Of a DNA stretch of 64,000 bases, positions 47,001 to 56,758 are shown piece by piece (positions within the stretch are counted from its first letter, which is position 1; every line of letters starts with the position of its first letter). This stretch comes from Streptosporangiaceae bacterium (GTDB taxonomy: Bacteria > Actinomycetota > Actinomycetes > Streptosporangiales > Streptosporangiaceae), in the NCBI GenBank assembly GCA_036267135.1, contig DATAWQ010000079.1, forward strand, positions 9,342 to 73,341. The letters run 5' to 3'. Below the pieces are notes generated by a model, which had not been told where the DNA came from, did no database searches, and saw only the letters and a list, made by a program, of their open reading frames with translations. Both the position numbers and the translations under genes were made by a program.

Positions 47001-47189
47001 TCAGCCGTGGACGGTCCGCCGGGGGCCGAACTCGTTGTCGTCGTTGTCGTGGCTGAACGGGCGGCCGTCCAGGTTCCAGCTCCAGGACACGGTGGGCGTG
47101 ATCCGCATGTACGGGGCCGCGCCGACGGTCGCGATGCGGGCCAGCCGCTGCGACTTCATGTAGCCGGCTTCTTCCTCGGTGAAGGCCAT
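47001..47189 (-). CDS. Short PPOX/F420-dependent-oxidoreductase-like ORF (probably truncated)
   Basis: MAFTEEEAGYMKSQRLARIATVG matches the N-terminus of the PPOX class, but the ORF ends after about 62 aa. Start chosen at ATG 47189, with GAGGAG 6 nt upstream. Confidence 0.4.
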   Translation of the reverse strand: MAFTEEEAGYMKSQRLARIATVGAAPYMRITPTVSWSWNLDGRPFSHDNDDNEFGPRRTVHG

Positions 47190-47210
47190 GCTCATCTCCT
47201 CGGTCGCCCC

Positions 47211-47274
47211 GTCCGGGATCGCCCTGTCTGGGATCACACTGGCTGGGATCACACTGGCTGTCTGGGATCACACT
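47211..47274. repeat. ~15-nt tandem repeat x4 (ctgggatcacactgg) in a non-coding leader
   Basis: Direct reading. Lies between the VIT1 stop (47284) and the PPOX-like start. Confidence 0.85.
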
Positions 47275-47283
47275 GTAGGCGGG

Positions 47284-48033
47284 TCAGCGCACGCTGCTGC
47301 CGATCAGCGTGCCGACGCCGTAGGTGACGCCGATGGCGACCGCGCCGAGCAGGACCTGACGCAGCCCAGAACGCAGCACCGACCGGCCGGTGAGCCTGCC
47401 CACGAACATCCCGCCGGCCAGCAACGTCACCGCCGCGACGCCCAGCGCCACGGCCAGCACGTGCAGCCCGGCCAGGTAGGGCAGCAACGGCACCAGCGCC
47501 CCCAGCGAGAAGGCGAACAGCGAGGCCACGCCGGCCAGCACCGCGGACGGCAACTCGCCCGGATCGACGCCGAGCTCTTCCCTGGTGTGTACCCGCAGCG
47601 CGGTGTGCGGATCCTTGGAGACCGCGGCGGCCATCCGGGTGGCCGTCTGCGGGTCAGCGCCGTACTCGCGGAAGTAGTCGGCCAGCTCGGCCTCCTCGGC
47701 CGCGGGGAACTGGGCCAGCATCCGGCGCTCCAGCTCCACCTCGGCCAGCACCAGATCGTTCTGGTTGGTCACCGACACGTACTCCCCCGTGCCCATCGAG
47801 AACGCGCCGGCGACCAGGGCTGCCATGCCGGTGAGCACGATCGCGTGCGCCGACACGCCGCCACCGCCGACCCCGGCGATCAGCGAGGCGTTGGTCACCA
47901 GGCCGTCCACCGCGCCGAACACGACCGGGCGCAGCCAGCCACCGGACACGTCCCGGTGGCGGTGCGACCATCCGGCCCGCAGCGCGGCCGCGCCGGTGGC
48001 CGAGGACGGCTCCGGGGCCTGCTCGTCGGTCAC
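47284..48033 (-). CDS. VIT1/CCC1-family iron/manganese transporter
   Basis: 249 aa from GTG 48033. GAVDGLVTNASLIAGVGG, GEYVSV, C-terminal TM bundle. Confidence 0.85.
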   Translation of the reverse strand: MTDEQAPEPSSATGAAALRAGWSHRHRDVSGGWLRPVVFGAVDGLVTNASLIAGVGGGGVSAHAIVLTGMAALVAGAFSMGTGEYVSVTNQNDLVLAEVELERRMLAQFPAAEEAELADYFREYGADPQTATRMAAAVSKDPHTALRVHTREELGVDPGELPSAVLAGVASLFAFSLGALVPLLPYLAGLHVLAVALGVAAVTLLAGGMFVGRLTGRSVLRSGLRQVLLGAVAIGVTYGVGTLIGSSVR

Positions 48034-48072
48034 CTGCGCGATTATCTCGTACCCGCGGGCCAGAATCGGTTC

Positions 48073-48405
48073 ATGGCTGCTGCCCGATCGATCGCTCTGT
48101 TCATCGCCGCCGGGCTGGCCGAGATCGGCGGCGGCTACCTGATCTGGCGCTGGCTGCGGGAAGGAGCACCGGTGCTCATCGGGGTTCTGGGTGCGCTCAT
48201 CCTGGTCGGTTACGGCATCATCCCGACCCTGCAGCGCAGCGCCGACTTCGGCCGCATCTACGCCGCCTACGGAGGCGTCTTCGTGGTCGCGTCGCTGCTG
48301 TGGGGCTGGGGCGTCGCCGGTCAGCGGCCGGATCGCTACGACTGGGCGGGCGCGGTCGTGGTGCTGGCGGGCGTCGCGATCATCTACTTCGCGCCGCGGT
48401 CGTGA
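48073..48405 (+). CDS. YnfA-family (UPF0060) small membrane protein
   Basis: 110 aa. AAGLAEIGGGYLIWRWLREG, IYAAYGGVFV. Confidence 0.85.
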   Translation: MAAARSIALFIAAGLAEIGGGYLIWRWLREGAPVLIGVLGALILVGYGIIPTLQRSADFGRIYAAYGGVFVVASLLWGWGVAGQRPDRYDWAGAVVVLAGVAIIYFAPRS

Positions 48406-48413
48406 CCGACCGC

Positions 48414-48479
48414 AATAGCGGTGCGGAGGGCCCAGGAATAGCGGTGCGGGGGGCCCAGGAATAGCGGTGCGGGGGGCAC
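48414..48479. repeat. 23-nt intergenic tandem repeat x~3 (aatagcggtgcggggggcccagg)
   Basis: Direct reading. The unit length is not a multiple of 3. Lies between ynfA and the DsbA-like gene. Confidence 0.9.
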
Positions 48480-48492
48480 TGTTGGCGCGGAC

Positions 48493-49125
48493 GTGACTGA
48501 GACTTTCGGAGAACGCGAGCAGGCACAGTTCTGGTTCGACCCGCTCTGCCCGTGGGCGTGGATCACGTCCCGGTGGATGCTCGAGGTCGAGAAGGTCCGC
48601 CCGGTGCAGACCGACTGGCGGATCATGTCCCTGGCCTACCTGAACCTCACCCAGCACGAGGGCAAGGGCCTGGCCGATGACTACCTGGAGCGGATGAAGA
48701 AGGCCTGGGGCCCGGTGCGCGTGTGCGCCGCGGCCGCCCAGGAGAAGGGCCAGGACATACTCGGCCCGATCTACACCGCGATCGGCACCAGGCTCCACGT
48801 GCAGGGCCGGCGCGAGGACCCCGCCATCCTGCCGGAGGCGCTGGCCGAGGTGGGCCTGCCCGAGTCACTGGCCGACGCGGCCACCAGCACCGAGTTCGAC
48901 GACTACATCAAGGCCTCGCACCACCAGGCCTTCGACGAGGTCGGCCTCGACGTGGGTACCCCGGTCATCCGCATCCGCGGCAAGGCGCTGTTCGGGCCGG
49001 TCATCACCCCGGCGCCGAAGGGCGAGGCGGCCGGGCGGCTGTGGGACGGCTTCGTGCTGGTCACCGAGGCCGACGGCTTCTTCGAGCTCAAGCGCACCAG
49101 GGACCGCAAGCCCTCGTTCGAATAG
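48493..49125 (+). CDS. DsbA-like thioredoxin-fold protein (Rv2466c/mycoredoxin-dependent reductase-like), monothiol CPWA variant
   Basis: 210 aa. FWFDPLCPWAWITSRW, where relatives I recall carry CPWC. GTPVIRIRGKALFGPV. Confidence 0.8.
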   Translation: MTETFGEREQAQFWFDPLCPWAWITSRWMLEVEKVRPVQTDWRIMSLAYLNLTQHEGKGLADDYLERMKKAWGPVRVCAAAAQEKGQDILGPIYTAIGTRLHVQGRREDPAILPEALAEVGLPESLADAATSTEFDDYIKASHHQAFDEVGLDVGTPVIRIRGKALFGPVITPAPKGEAAGRLWDGFVLVTEADGFFELKRTRDRKPSFE

Positions 49126-49156
49126 CGGGGTTCGCTCCCCGGACCGGAGGCCTGGG

Positions 49157-49624
49157 TCACAGGTCGAGGGCCAGGGTGGTGTCCAGGGGGGCGAAGCCGT
49201 GGCGGCGGTAGAAGTGGATGGCGGCTTCGTTGGCGGTGTAGGCGCAGACGCGAAGCTGGGCCGCTCCCCTGGCGTGCGCCCATGTCTTGAAGCGGTCGAC
49301 GAGCTGGGATCCGATGCCCTGACCCCGCCAGGGCGCCATGACCTGCATGCTGAACAGTTCGGCCCTGGGCGCGGTCCACATGGCCGAGACGGGCAGGAAG
49401 ACCCCGGTCAGGTGGCCGATGACGGCGCCGTCGTGCTCGGCCACCAGCACGAGCATGTCCGGGTTGGCCAGAGTCTCGGTCACGTGCCCGGCGGCGTGCG
49501 CCTGCGGCCACCCGGAGTTGCGGAGCGGCTCCCTGACCGCTGCGTCGACGGCGAACAGGGCGGAGTTCGAGGCCACCAGGCCGTCGATGTCGGTCGCGGT
49601 CGCCTCGCGGATAGTCACTGGCAT
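49157..49624 (-). CDS. GNAT-family N-acetyltransferase
   Basis: 155 aa. Acetyl-CoA motif VMAPWRGQGIGSQLV. Confidence 0.85.
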   Translation of the reverse strand: MPVTIREATATDIDGLVASNSALFAVDAAVREPLRNSGWPQAHAAGHVTETLANPDMLVLVAEHDGAVIGHLTGVFLPVSAMWTAPRAELFSMQVMAPWRGQGIGSQLVDRFKTWAHARGAAQLRVCAYTANEAAIHFYRRHGFAPLDTTLALDL

Positions 49625-49807
49625 GGGGCTCAGGTTAGGCCCGGCGCCCTGCGGCGGCGCGACAGGTTATTCCCGGCACCGGCGCCGGGCGCGATGGCCG
49701 CGGCCCGGCCCGGCCCGACGCCGTTCGCTGGTGCTACACCCAGGTCCGGTGCGGCACCAGTTATTTCTCCTGCACAGCGTTAGCATGGCACGACGGGCAG
49801 ATCAACA

Positions 49808-49823
49808 TCTACAGCTATGTAGA
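49808..49823. promoter_or_regulatory. BlaI/MecI-type operator dyad TCTACA-N4-TGTAGA
   Basis: Perfect palindrome about 45 nt upstream of the BlaI-family gene. It contains the TACA/TGTA core known for this family. Confidence 0.55.
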
Positions 49824-49867
49824 CATAACGACGTGGATAACTCCCACAGACACAGGAGCGCGATCGC

Positions 49868-50263
49868 GTGCGGGAGGACGACGCCGGGCCACCGCCAGGC
49901 AGTCGGCGCGGAGCAGGCCAGCTCGAGGCGGCGGTGCTCGGGGTGCTGCACGCGGCCGGCTCGGCCCTGACCCCCGGCGAGGTCCGGGAGCGGCTGAGCG
50001 CCGGGCTGGCCTACACGACGGTGGTGACGATCATGTCCAGGCTGCACGTCAAGGGCGTGCTCACCCGGGTCAAGACCGGCCGGGCCTACGCTTACGCCCC
50101 GGTCGCCGACGAGCCGGGACTGGCCGCGCGCCGGATGCGCGGCGTGCTGGAGGCCGAGGACGACCGGGAGGCGGTGCTGGCCCGGTTCGTGTCCGGCCTC
50201 ACCCCCGCCGACGAGAAGCTGCTGCGCCGGATGCTCGGCGCCAGCCCGGACGACACCGGCTGA
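49868..50263 (+). CDS. BlaI/MecI/CopY-family transcriptional repressor
   Basis: 131 aa, GTG start. LEAAVLGVLHAAGSALTPGEVRERL...AYTTVVTIMSRLHVKGVLTR. Confidence 0.85.
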   Translation: MREDDAGPPPGSRRGAGQLEAAVLGVLHAAGSALTPGEVRERLSAGLAYTTVVTIMSRLHVKGVLTRVKTGRAYAYAPVADEPGLAARRMRGVLEAEDDREAVLARFVSGLTPADEKLLRRMLGASPDDTG

Positions 50264-50275
50264 GCGGAGACCGGT

Positions 50276-51247
50276 ATGACGCTGGCCCTCGGGCTCTGCC
50301 TGACCGTTTCGCTGCTCGCCGCGCTCTCGGCCCGGTGGCTGGCCGAATGGCTGCCACCCAGGACCGCGACCTGGCTGCTGGCCGGCGGCGCGGTGGCGCT
50401 GGCCGGGACCAGCGGCGCCATGCTGGGTCTGGTGGTGCTGGCGGCCGCCGTCCGCACGTCCCGGGTCGCCGCGCTGGGCCACATGTCCCTGCCCACGATG
50501 ATCAAGGACGATCCGACACCTGGGCCGGCCGGCGTCGCGGCGGGCGTGCTGCTGGCCGCCGCCGCGCTGGCCGCCGCGTGGGTGGGGTTCCGGCGGGCCC
50601 GTGCGCTGATCGCCACCCACCGCCTGGCCCGCCACCTGCCCGGCAGCGCCCAGGTCGTGGTGATCGCCGACGAGGCGGCCGACGCGTACGCCGCGCCGGG
50701 CTGGCCCGGCCGGATCGTGGTCACCTCGGGAATGATGCTGGCCCTCGGCGTGGACGAGCGCCGGGTCCTGCTGGCCCACGAACGGGCGCACGTCACCGGG
50801 CATCACTACTTGTTCACGGCGGCGGCGCGGCTGGCCGCCGCGGCCAACCCGCTGCTGCGGCCGGTGAACGCGGCCGTCCGCTACAGCATCGAGCGGTGGG
50901 CCGACGAGGAGGCGGCCGCGGCCACCGGGGACCGGTCGGTGGCGGCGCACGCGGTCGCGCGGGCGGCACTGGCCGCGGCGGCGGCCCCGGCCCAGCGGCC
51001 GTCGCCCGCGCTGGGCGTGGTGACCACCGCGGACAGGATGCGGGAGGCGGGCGCGGTGCCGCGCCGGGTGGCCGCCCTGCTGCGGCCGCCGCCGCGGGGC
51101 CGCCAGATGCTGCTGGCGGTCGCGATCGCGCTGGTCTCGGTGTGCGGGATCGCGGCCCTGGACGCCGCCCTGAACCTGCACGCTCTGATCGAGTTCGCCC
51201 AGGCCGTGCTGTCCCGGCGGGTGCCTATTCCGCGGATTCGCGTCTGA
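50276..51247 (+). CDS. M56-family (BlaR1-like) membrane zinc metallopeptidase
   Basis: 323 aa. TM segments plus the HExxH motif (LLAHERAHV). Directly downstream of the BlaI-like gene. Confidence 0.85.
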   Translation: MTLALGLCLTVSLLAALSARWLAEWLPPRTATWLLAGGAVALAGTSGAMLGLVVLAAAVRTSRVAALGHMSLPTMIKDDPTPGPAGVAAGVLLAAAALAAAWVGFRRARALIATHRLARHLPGSAQVVVIADEAADAYAAPGWPGRIVVTSGMMLALGVDERRVLLAHERAHVTGHHYLFTAAARLAAAANPLLRPVNAAVRYSIERWADEEAAAATGDRSVAAHAVARAALAAAAAPAQRPSPALGVVTTADRMREAGAVPRRVAALLRPPPRGRQMLLAVAIALVSVCGIAALDAALNLHALIEFAQAVLSRRVPIPRIRV

Positions 51248-51308
51248 GCGCGCGCAGCCGCCAGAACACGAACGCGGCGATCAGCGCCACGACGAGCACC
51301 GCCGGGGC

Positions 51309-52196
51309 TTACGTTCGCGCCTGGCGCAGCAGGGTGGCGGTGTGTCCGGCCCGGTCAGCCCACCATTGGCTGATGGGGTCGGGGCGGGCGGCGTGCCTGG
51401 CGTGCCAGCGGCGGGCTTCGGATTCGAGCCAGGTGAGGGTGGCGGCCGGGTCCTGTTCGATCATGGCGCGGAGGGTGAAGCGGCGCTCGCCGATGCGATG
51501 ACCCACGTTGGCCTGCCCGGCCCCCGCGGCGAGGCGGCGGCGGGTGAGGATGATGCCGCTGACTATGGGAGTGGTCAGGGCGTCCACAAGGTCGCGGAGG
51601 CTGCCCTCCGGTCCGAGCCGGGCGGGGGCGGCGCGGAGGGCCAGTGGGAGCGCTGCCGCCTGCTCCGCCTGTTCGGCCTGTTCGCTGTGCTCGCTGTGCT
51701 CGGTGGCGAGGGCGCGCTGAGCGAGCTGGGCCCAGGCGGTGAGGGGTGGCAGGTCCAGGTCGGTGATCGCGTCGAGATAGCCGGTCAGCCAGGGCCACAG
51801 GTGCTCGGCCAGCAGCGCCGCCCGGGACCTGGTCAGCGCGGCGGCGGTGGCCGGGCGCGCGGTCGCGTCGGCGGCGGCCTCACCGAGGCTGGCGTAGAGG
51901 CCGAGCAGGGCGGCCAGGTGGTCGGGCTCGGTGGGCGGGGTGATCTCCAGGGCGCGCCAGAATCCGGTGACCCGGTCGGCGCCCTCGCCGCCGAGCGCGC
52001 CGTCGGGGCCCAGGTAGATGGCGGCGTAGGGCGGGGTGTTGAGCACGAACCCCTCGGTGTGGTCGGCATCGGTGAGGGCCGGGAGGCCGAGGGCGGGGGC
52101 GACGGCCCGGGCGGCGGCGGGACTGTCGGCCACGGCACCGAGAGCACGCAGGAGTTCCCAGCGGGCAGTCGCCGGGGCTGGTGGCTGCGGGGTCAT
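51309..52196 (-). CDS. TorD/DmsD/NarJ-family redox-enzyme maturation chaperone-like protein with a C-terminal extension
   Basis: 295 aa. PPYAAIYLGPDGALGGE and EPDHLAALLGLYASL are typical of the family. EHSEHSEQAEQAEQA low-complexity insert, then about 100 extra residues. Confidence 0.65.
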   Translation of the reverse strand: MTPQPPAPATARWELLRALGAVADSPAAARAVAPALGLPALTDADHTEGFVLNTPPYAAIYLGPDGALGGEGADRVTGFWRALEITPPTEPDHLAALLGLYASLGEAAADATARPATAAALTRSRAALLAEHLWPWLTGYLDAITDLDLPPLTAWAQLAQRALATEHSEHSEQAEQAEQAAALPLALRAAPARLGPEGSLRDLVDALTTPIVSGIILTRRRLAAGAGQANVGHRIGERRFTLRAMIEQDPAATLTWLESEARRWHARHAARPDPISQWWADRAGHTATLLRQART

Positions 52197-52331
52197 GGTG
52201 GGCAGGTGCCGTCCTCGGTGGGCTGCGGATCCATGGTGGTCATCATGCCGCCAACCCGCGGGGCTGGGTGCGCGGGGCTGGGTGCGCGGGGCTGGGCAGG
52301 CGCACCCTGGCTGGCGGCCGCGGAACGGGAG

Positions 52332-53405
52332 TTACCGGCGGTCGAGCAGCTCGCTGGCGCGGGCCGCGGTGTGCAGGAAGACCGGATCGGGCGACTCGGA
52401 GTACAGCCGCAGGCAGGCCTCGGTCATCTTGAACGCGTGGACGTCGGCGGCGGCGACAGCCCGCTCGACCACCGCCTCCGGGCTGGGCGGCCCGGCGTCG
52501 GGCAGCGGCTCCTTGACCGCATCGACGGCGTAGCCCGAGTACAGACCGGCGGCGACCTGCCAGAGCGCGTCGTAGCTGGGCCGGGCCAGCTCGGCCGGCA
52601 GCAGGCCGAGCACGGACCGGGCCGCGACCGGGGCGGTGACGGCGTGCAGGAAGTCGATCGGCTGGGTGCGGCCGTAGACCAGGAAGATCCGGGCGAAGGT
52701 CCGGGCCAGCTCCAGCATGTCGGCAGGGACGTCGCCCGGCGGCCGCAGCGCGCTGACCGCGCTGGGGAAGCCGGGCTCAGCGGACAGAGCGGTCCGCAGC
52801 CGGGCGGTGATCAGTCCGGGCGCCACCGGCCCGGCCGCGACGGGCAGGCCGTTCACCGCCTCGTCCAGACCCAGGCGACCGTCGGTGCGCGGCGAGCCGG
52901 GCAGTTCGAGGTAGCTGGCGGCCCAGTAGGCGAGGCCGCGGGCCAGCTCGGCCAGCCGCTCGTCGCTGGGCGCCTGGTCCAGGCTGCGGGCGGCGTGGGA
53001 CGTGCGGATGATCCCGTGTGTGGCGGCGGCCGCCACACCGGGAAGCAGTCGGGGCCACCACCGGGCCAGAACCTGCCGCCAGGGCTCCTCGGCCAACTGG
53101 TCGCGCAGGTACCGCTCCCAGTCGGCGACGCGCCGCGGCTCGCCGAGCGCCTCCCGCCAGGTCTGATCGGTGATCCGGCCGGTGACACTCGGCACCCCTT
53201 CGAGCCGCTGGATGTACTGGTCGAGCCACGGTTCGATGTCGTCGGCCCGGCCGATCCTGACCAGGGCTTCGGCCGCCATCGGGCCATGGTTGGACAGTCC
53301 GCCGCTGAACTCGGGCCCGGTGGTGGCCAGCCGGCTCAGGGACTCGTCAAGGACGTCCCCGGCAGATTGTCCAACCACGGGCCGTATCTCGCTTCGGTCA
53401 GCCAT
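52332..53405 (-). CDS. DUF4243 / questin-oxidase-like protein
   Basis: 357 aa. GGLSNHGPMAAEALVRIG near the N-terminus and THGIIRTSHAA, as I recall for this family. Confidence 0.7.
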   Translation of the reverse strand: MADRSEIRPVVGQSAGDVLDESLSRLATTGPEFSGGLSNHGPMAAEALVRIGRADDIEPWLDQYIQRLEGVPSVTGRITDQTWREALGEPRRVADWERYLRDQLAEEPWRQVLARWWPRLLPGVAAAATHGIIRTSHAARSLDQAPSDERLAELARGLAYWAASYLELPGSPRTDGRLGLDEAVNGLPVAAGPVAPGLITARLRTALSAEPGFPSAVSALRPPGDVPADMLELARTFARIFLVYGRTQPIDFLHAVTAPVAARSVLGLLPAELARPSYDALWQVAAGLYSGYAVDAVKEPLPDAGPPSPEAVVERAVAAADVHAFKMTEACLRLYSESPDPVFLHTAARASELLDRR

Positions 53406-53484
53406 CGTGCACCACCTTCTCGTTGATCGCCCTTACTCTATATAGAAAAGAGACTATATCAACTCGAGCCTATATACTGATGAT

Positions 53485-53787
53485 GTGCCCGATGAGATTG
53501 ATGTGCTGCGAGCCCTGGCTCACCCCGTGCGCTGGGGAATCCTGAAGCGCCTGGCCGCCGAGCCGGGCATCTGCGCCTGCGACTTCACCGAGTTCTTCGA
53601 CGTGTCCCAGCCGACCATCTCGGCCCACCTGAAAACCCTGCGCGAGGCCGGCCTCGTCACCACCCAGCGCAAGGGCACCACGATCTGCTACACCCTCACC
53701 CACGACCAACTCGCCCTGCTGGCCGCCCACCTAGACACCATGGCCGCCACCGCCCCCACCGCAACCCCCGCACCAGCCCCCCAGTAG
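53485..53787 (+). CDS. ArsR/SmtB-family metalloregulator
   Basis: 100 aa. LAHPVRWGILKRLAAEPGICACDF (CxC sensing site), VSQPTISAHLKTLREAGLV. An AT-rich divergent promoter (53406-53484) has three CTATAT(A/C) repeats and the TCTATATAGA palindrome. Confidence 0.9.
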   Translation: MPDEIDVLRALAHPVRWGILKRLAAEPGICACDFTEFFDVSQPTISAHLKTLREAGLVTTQRKGTTICYTLTHDQLALLAAHLDTMAATAPTATPAPAPQ

Positions 53788-53993
53788 CGACAGTTACCCC
53801 GTTACCCCCGGGTCCGATATGGTTGCGGCAACGCAACCCCTAGAAGGAGTACGTTGCGGCAACCATGACTGGTCGTCGCGGGCCGGTGGTGACCGGCCAC
53901 GGCCCGGGCTCGGCTGGCCGCACGACGTCGTCAGGCGGGGGGACGGGGTCAGGCGGGGGGACGGGGTTGGCGCGGTCAGGCGTGGACATGAGG

Positions 53994-54509
53994 TCAGCGA
54001 GGGGTCTGGGCGGCGGCTTCTTCGGCGCCGCGGCAGGCTAGCTGGTCGGCACGCTCGTTTTCGGGGTGGCCCGCGTGGCCTTTGACCCAGAACCATTCGA
54101 TGTCGTGTTGCTGGGCCAGGGAGTCGAGCTGCCGCCAGAGGTCGTCGTTCTTGACCGGCTGCCGCTGCGCGGTGCGCCAGCCGTTGCGCTTCCACGCGAT
54201 GATCCACTTGGTGATGCCGTTGCGCAGGTACTGGCTGTCGGTATACAAGTGCACGGTCGACGGACGGCGCAGCCGCTGCAAGCCCTCGATTGCGGCGGTG
54301 AGCTCCATACGGTTGTTCGTGGTGGCCGGCTCGCCGCCGTGGAACTCCTTCTCGTGCGCCCCGCAGCGCAGGATCGCCCCCCACCCGCCCGGGCCGGGAT
54401 TGTTCAGGCAAGCGCCGTCCGTGAAGATTTCCACGATCTGGCCGTCTTGCTCCGCTGACGGCCAGGAATCTCCCTGCTGACCGCCGTGACCAGACGTCGC
54501 TGCTGGCAT
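53994..54509 (-). CDS. rnhA: Ribonuclease HI
   Basis: [47 protein letters not shown]. Start placed at ATG 54509; an alternative start lies at 54548. Confidence 0.9.
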   Translation of the reverse strand: MPAATSGHGGQQGDSWPSAEQDGQIVEIFTDGACLNNPGPGGWGAILRCGAHEKEFHGGEPATTNNRMELTAAIEGLQRLRRPSTVHLYTDSQYLRNGITKWIIAWKRNGWRTAQRQPVKNDDLWRQLDSLAQQHDIEWFWVKGHAGHPENERADQLACRGAEEAAAQTPR

Positions 54510-54657
54510 CGTCCGCCTTTCTGTGAGCCCCACCGCCAGGATGCTCACGGCAGGATAATCCCGCCGCCGGGTCAGCGTGATGCGATCCGGCCGAGGACTG
54601 GCGTGATAGGTGGGACAGGTCGGGTGAATGGGGCGGGGGATCAGGTGGCGGCCAGGG

Positions 54658-55158
54658 CTAGCGCATGATCTCCACCAGCAGGATCCAGGCGTTCCCTAGC
54701 CCGGACACGATGACGATCACGAACGTGGGCACCAGCCAGTAGAGGCCGCCACCCCCGTTGGCCAGCAGCGAGGCGCCGGCCACGGTCAGGCATCCGCACG
54801 CCGCGACCGAGGGAAGCACCCGGCTGAGCATCCGGGTCATCGCGGTCTCCTGGTCCGACTGCCCGGCGCGGACGTCGATCACGAGCAGGCCTGCGCCGAT
54901 CGTCACCCCGGCGACGGCCAGTTCCACGCCGAGCGCGATCCGGCTCTGGCCGGGCACGAGCACGAACACCGCGGCCAGCAGCGCGGTGGCGAACGTGATC
55001 AGTGTCTGAGCGGCCCGCCCCGGCAGGTTGGGGTAGGCCAGAATCTGCCGCAGGTTGATCGACACGGCGACGAACAGCAGCCCGGCCAGGGTCGCGGCGG
55101 CCTCGGCCACCGTGCTGGCCAGGCCAGTCCAGGCGGCCGTGGTGTACGCCGTGATCAT
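54658..55158 (-). CDS. Integral membrane protein of unknown function
   Basis: 166 aa, 5 predicted TM helices, good GC3 bias. Confidence 0.6.
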   Translation of the reverse strand: MITAYTTAAWTGLASTVAEAAATLAGLLFVAVSINLRQILAYPNLPGRAAQTLITFATALLAAVFVLVPGQSRIALGVELAVAGVTIGAGLLVIDVRAGQSDQETAMTRMLSRVLPSVAACGCLTVAGASLLANGGGGLYWLVPTFVIVIVSGLGNAWILLVEIMR

Positions 55159-55337
55159 GCTGCTGAATTTAACGCCAAATCTGCCTGAACGGTGGCCACC
55201 TGAACGCCGGCGCCCGAACCTGAACGGGCCAGCACGATAGACAGAGATCGGCAGCGGCGCTGACCGGGGAACCCTATGGTTTAGTAGGGATAGCGTGCTG
55301 GGAGCCGCCGAAGTCTGCCGGAACGAGGAGAGATGCG

Positions 55338-56717
55338 ATGCACGAGGTTGTGACCATTGCCACTCCCGGGCTCGGGGATCGCAGCTACCTGGCGCACGAC
55401 GGCACGAACGGCGTGGTGGTGGACGCCCAGCGGGACATCGACCGGTTCCTGGCCGCGGCCGACGACGCCGGTGTCCGGATCACGCACGTGGTGGAGACGC
55501 ACATCCACAACGACTACGTGACCGGAGGCTGCGCGCTGGCCCGCGCGGCCGGGGCCAGTTACGTGGTGGCGGCCGCGGAGGAGGTCGGCTTCAGCCGGAC
55601 CCCGTGCCGCGACCAGGAGAGCTTCGGCGCGGGCGGGCTCACCGTGACCCCCGTGCACACCCCCGGCCACACTCCCGGGCACATGTCCTACGTGCTGAGC
55701 GAGGGCGGCAGCGGCGGAGACAGCGCGCCGTTCGCGGTGTTCACCGGCGGGTCGATGCTGTTCGGCGCGGTGGGCCGGACCGATCTGGCCGGGCCGGACG
55801 TGACCGACGAGCTGACCAGGGCTCAGTACCGGTCGGTGCGGCGGCTCGCCGACGAGCTGCCCGACGGGGTGGCCGTGTACCCGACGCACGGGTTCGGCAG
55901 CTTCTGTTCGGCGGCGCCCACCAGCGGCGACGACTCCACCATCGGGAATCAGCGGCTGAGCAACGTCGCGCTGCGCACGGCCGACGAGGACACGTTCGTC
56001 AAAGAGCTGCTGGCCGGGCTCAGCGCCTACCCGAGCTACTACGCGCACATGGGCCCGATGAACCGGGGCGGCCCGGCCGCCCCCGACCTGTCGGCCCCGG
56101 CCCCGGCCAGCCCGGCCGAGCTGCGGCGCCGGATCGACGCCGGCGAGTGGGTGGTGGACCTGCGCGGCCGGCGGGCGTTCGCGGACCGGCACGTGGCCGG
56201 CACGGTCTCGGTCGAGCTCGGTGACCCGTTCGCCACCTATCTCGGCTGGGTGCTGCCCTGGGGCACGCCGCTCACCCTGATCGGGGAGAGCGCGGAGCAG
56301 GTGGCGCAGGCGCAGCTCCAGCTGGCCAGGATCGGCATCGACCCGATCCCGGCGGCCTCGGCCGGGCCGGTCGGCGAGCTGGCGGCCGGCCGCACCGGCA
56401 GCTACCCGGTCACGGACTTCCCCGGGCTGGCCGGGGCCTGGGACCGGGCCGGGCTCGTGGTGCTCGACGTGCGGCGGCCGGACGAATGGCACGCCGGTCA
56501 CCTGGCCGGGGCGGTGCACATCCCGTTCTGGGAACTCGCCGGGCGGGCCGGCGAGGTGCCGGCCGGCCAGGTGTGGGTGCACTGCGCCAGCGGGTTCCGC
56601 GCCTCCATCGGCGCCTCGGTGCTGGACCGGGCCGGGCGCGACGTGGTGCACGTGGACGACGACTGGCCACGCGCCGCCGAACTGGGCCTGCCGGTCACCC
56701 CACCCGGCCAGGGGTAG
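55338..56717 (+). CDS. MBL-fold hydrolase fused to tandem rhodanese domains (persulfide dioxygenase/sulfurtransferase-like)
   Basis: 459 aa. Metallo-beta-lactamase motif THIHNDYVTGG and HTPGHTPGH. C-terminal rhodanese with active-site loop VHCASGFRAS. Confidence 0.85.
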   Translation: MHEVVTIATPGLGDRSYLAHDGTNGVVVDAQRDIDRFLAAADDAGVRITHVVETHIHNDYVTGGCALARAAGASYVVAAAEEVGFSRTPCRDQESFGAGGLTVTPVHTPGHTPGHMSYVLSEGGSGGDSAPFAVFTGGSMLFGAVGRTDLAGPDVTDELTRAQYRSVRRLADELPDGVAVYPTHGFGSFCSAAPTSGDDSTIGNQRLSNVALRTADEDTFVKELLAGLSAYPSYYAHMGPMNRGGPAAPDLSAPAPASPAELRRRIDAGEWVVDLRGRRAFADRHVAGTVSVELGDPFATYLGWVLPWGTPLTLIGESAEQVAQAQLQLARIGIDPIPAASAGPVGELAAGRTGSYPVTDFPGLAGAWDRAGLVVLDVRRPDEWHAGHLAGAVHIPFWELAGRAGEVPAGQVWVHCASGFRASIGASVLDRAGRDVVHVDDDWPRAAELGLPVTPPGQG

Positions 56718-56758
56718 CGCGGACAGAGATAGCCCGGGGCAGGCGTAGCGTGGGGCAG

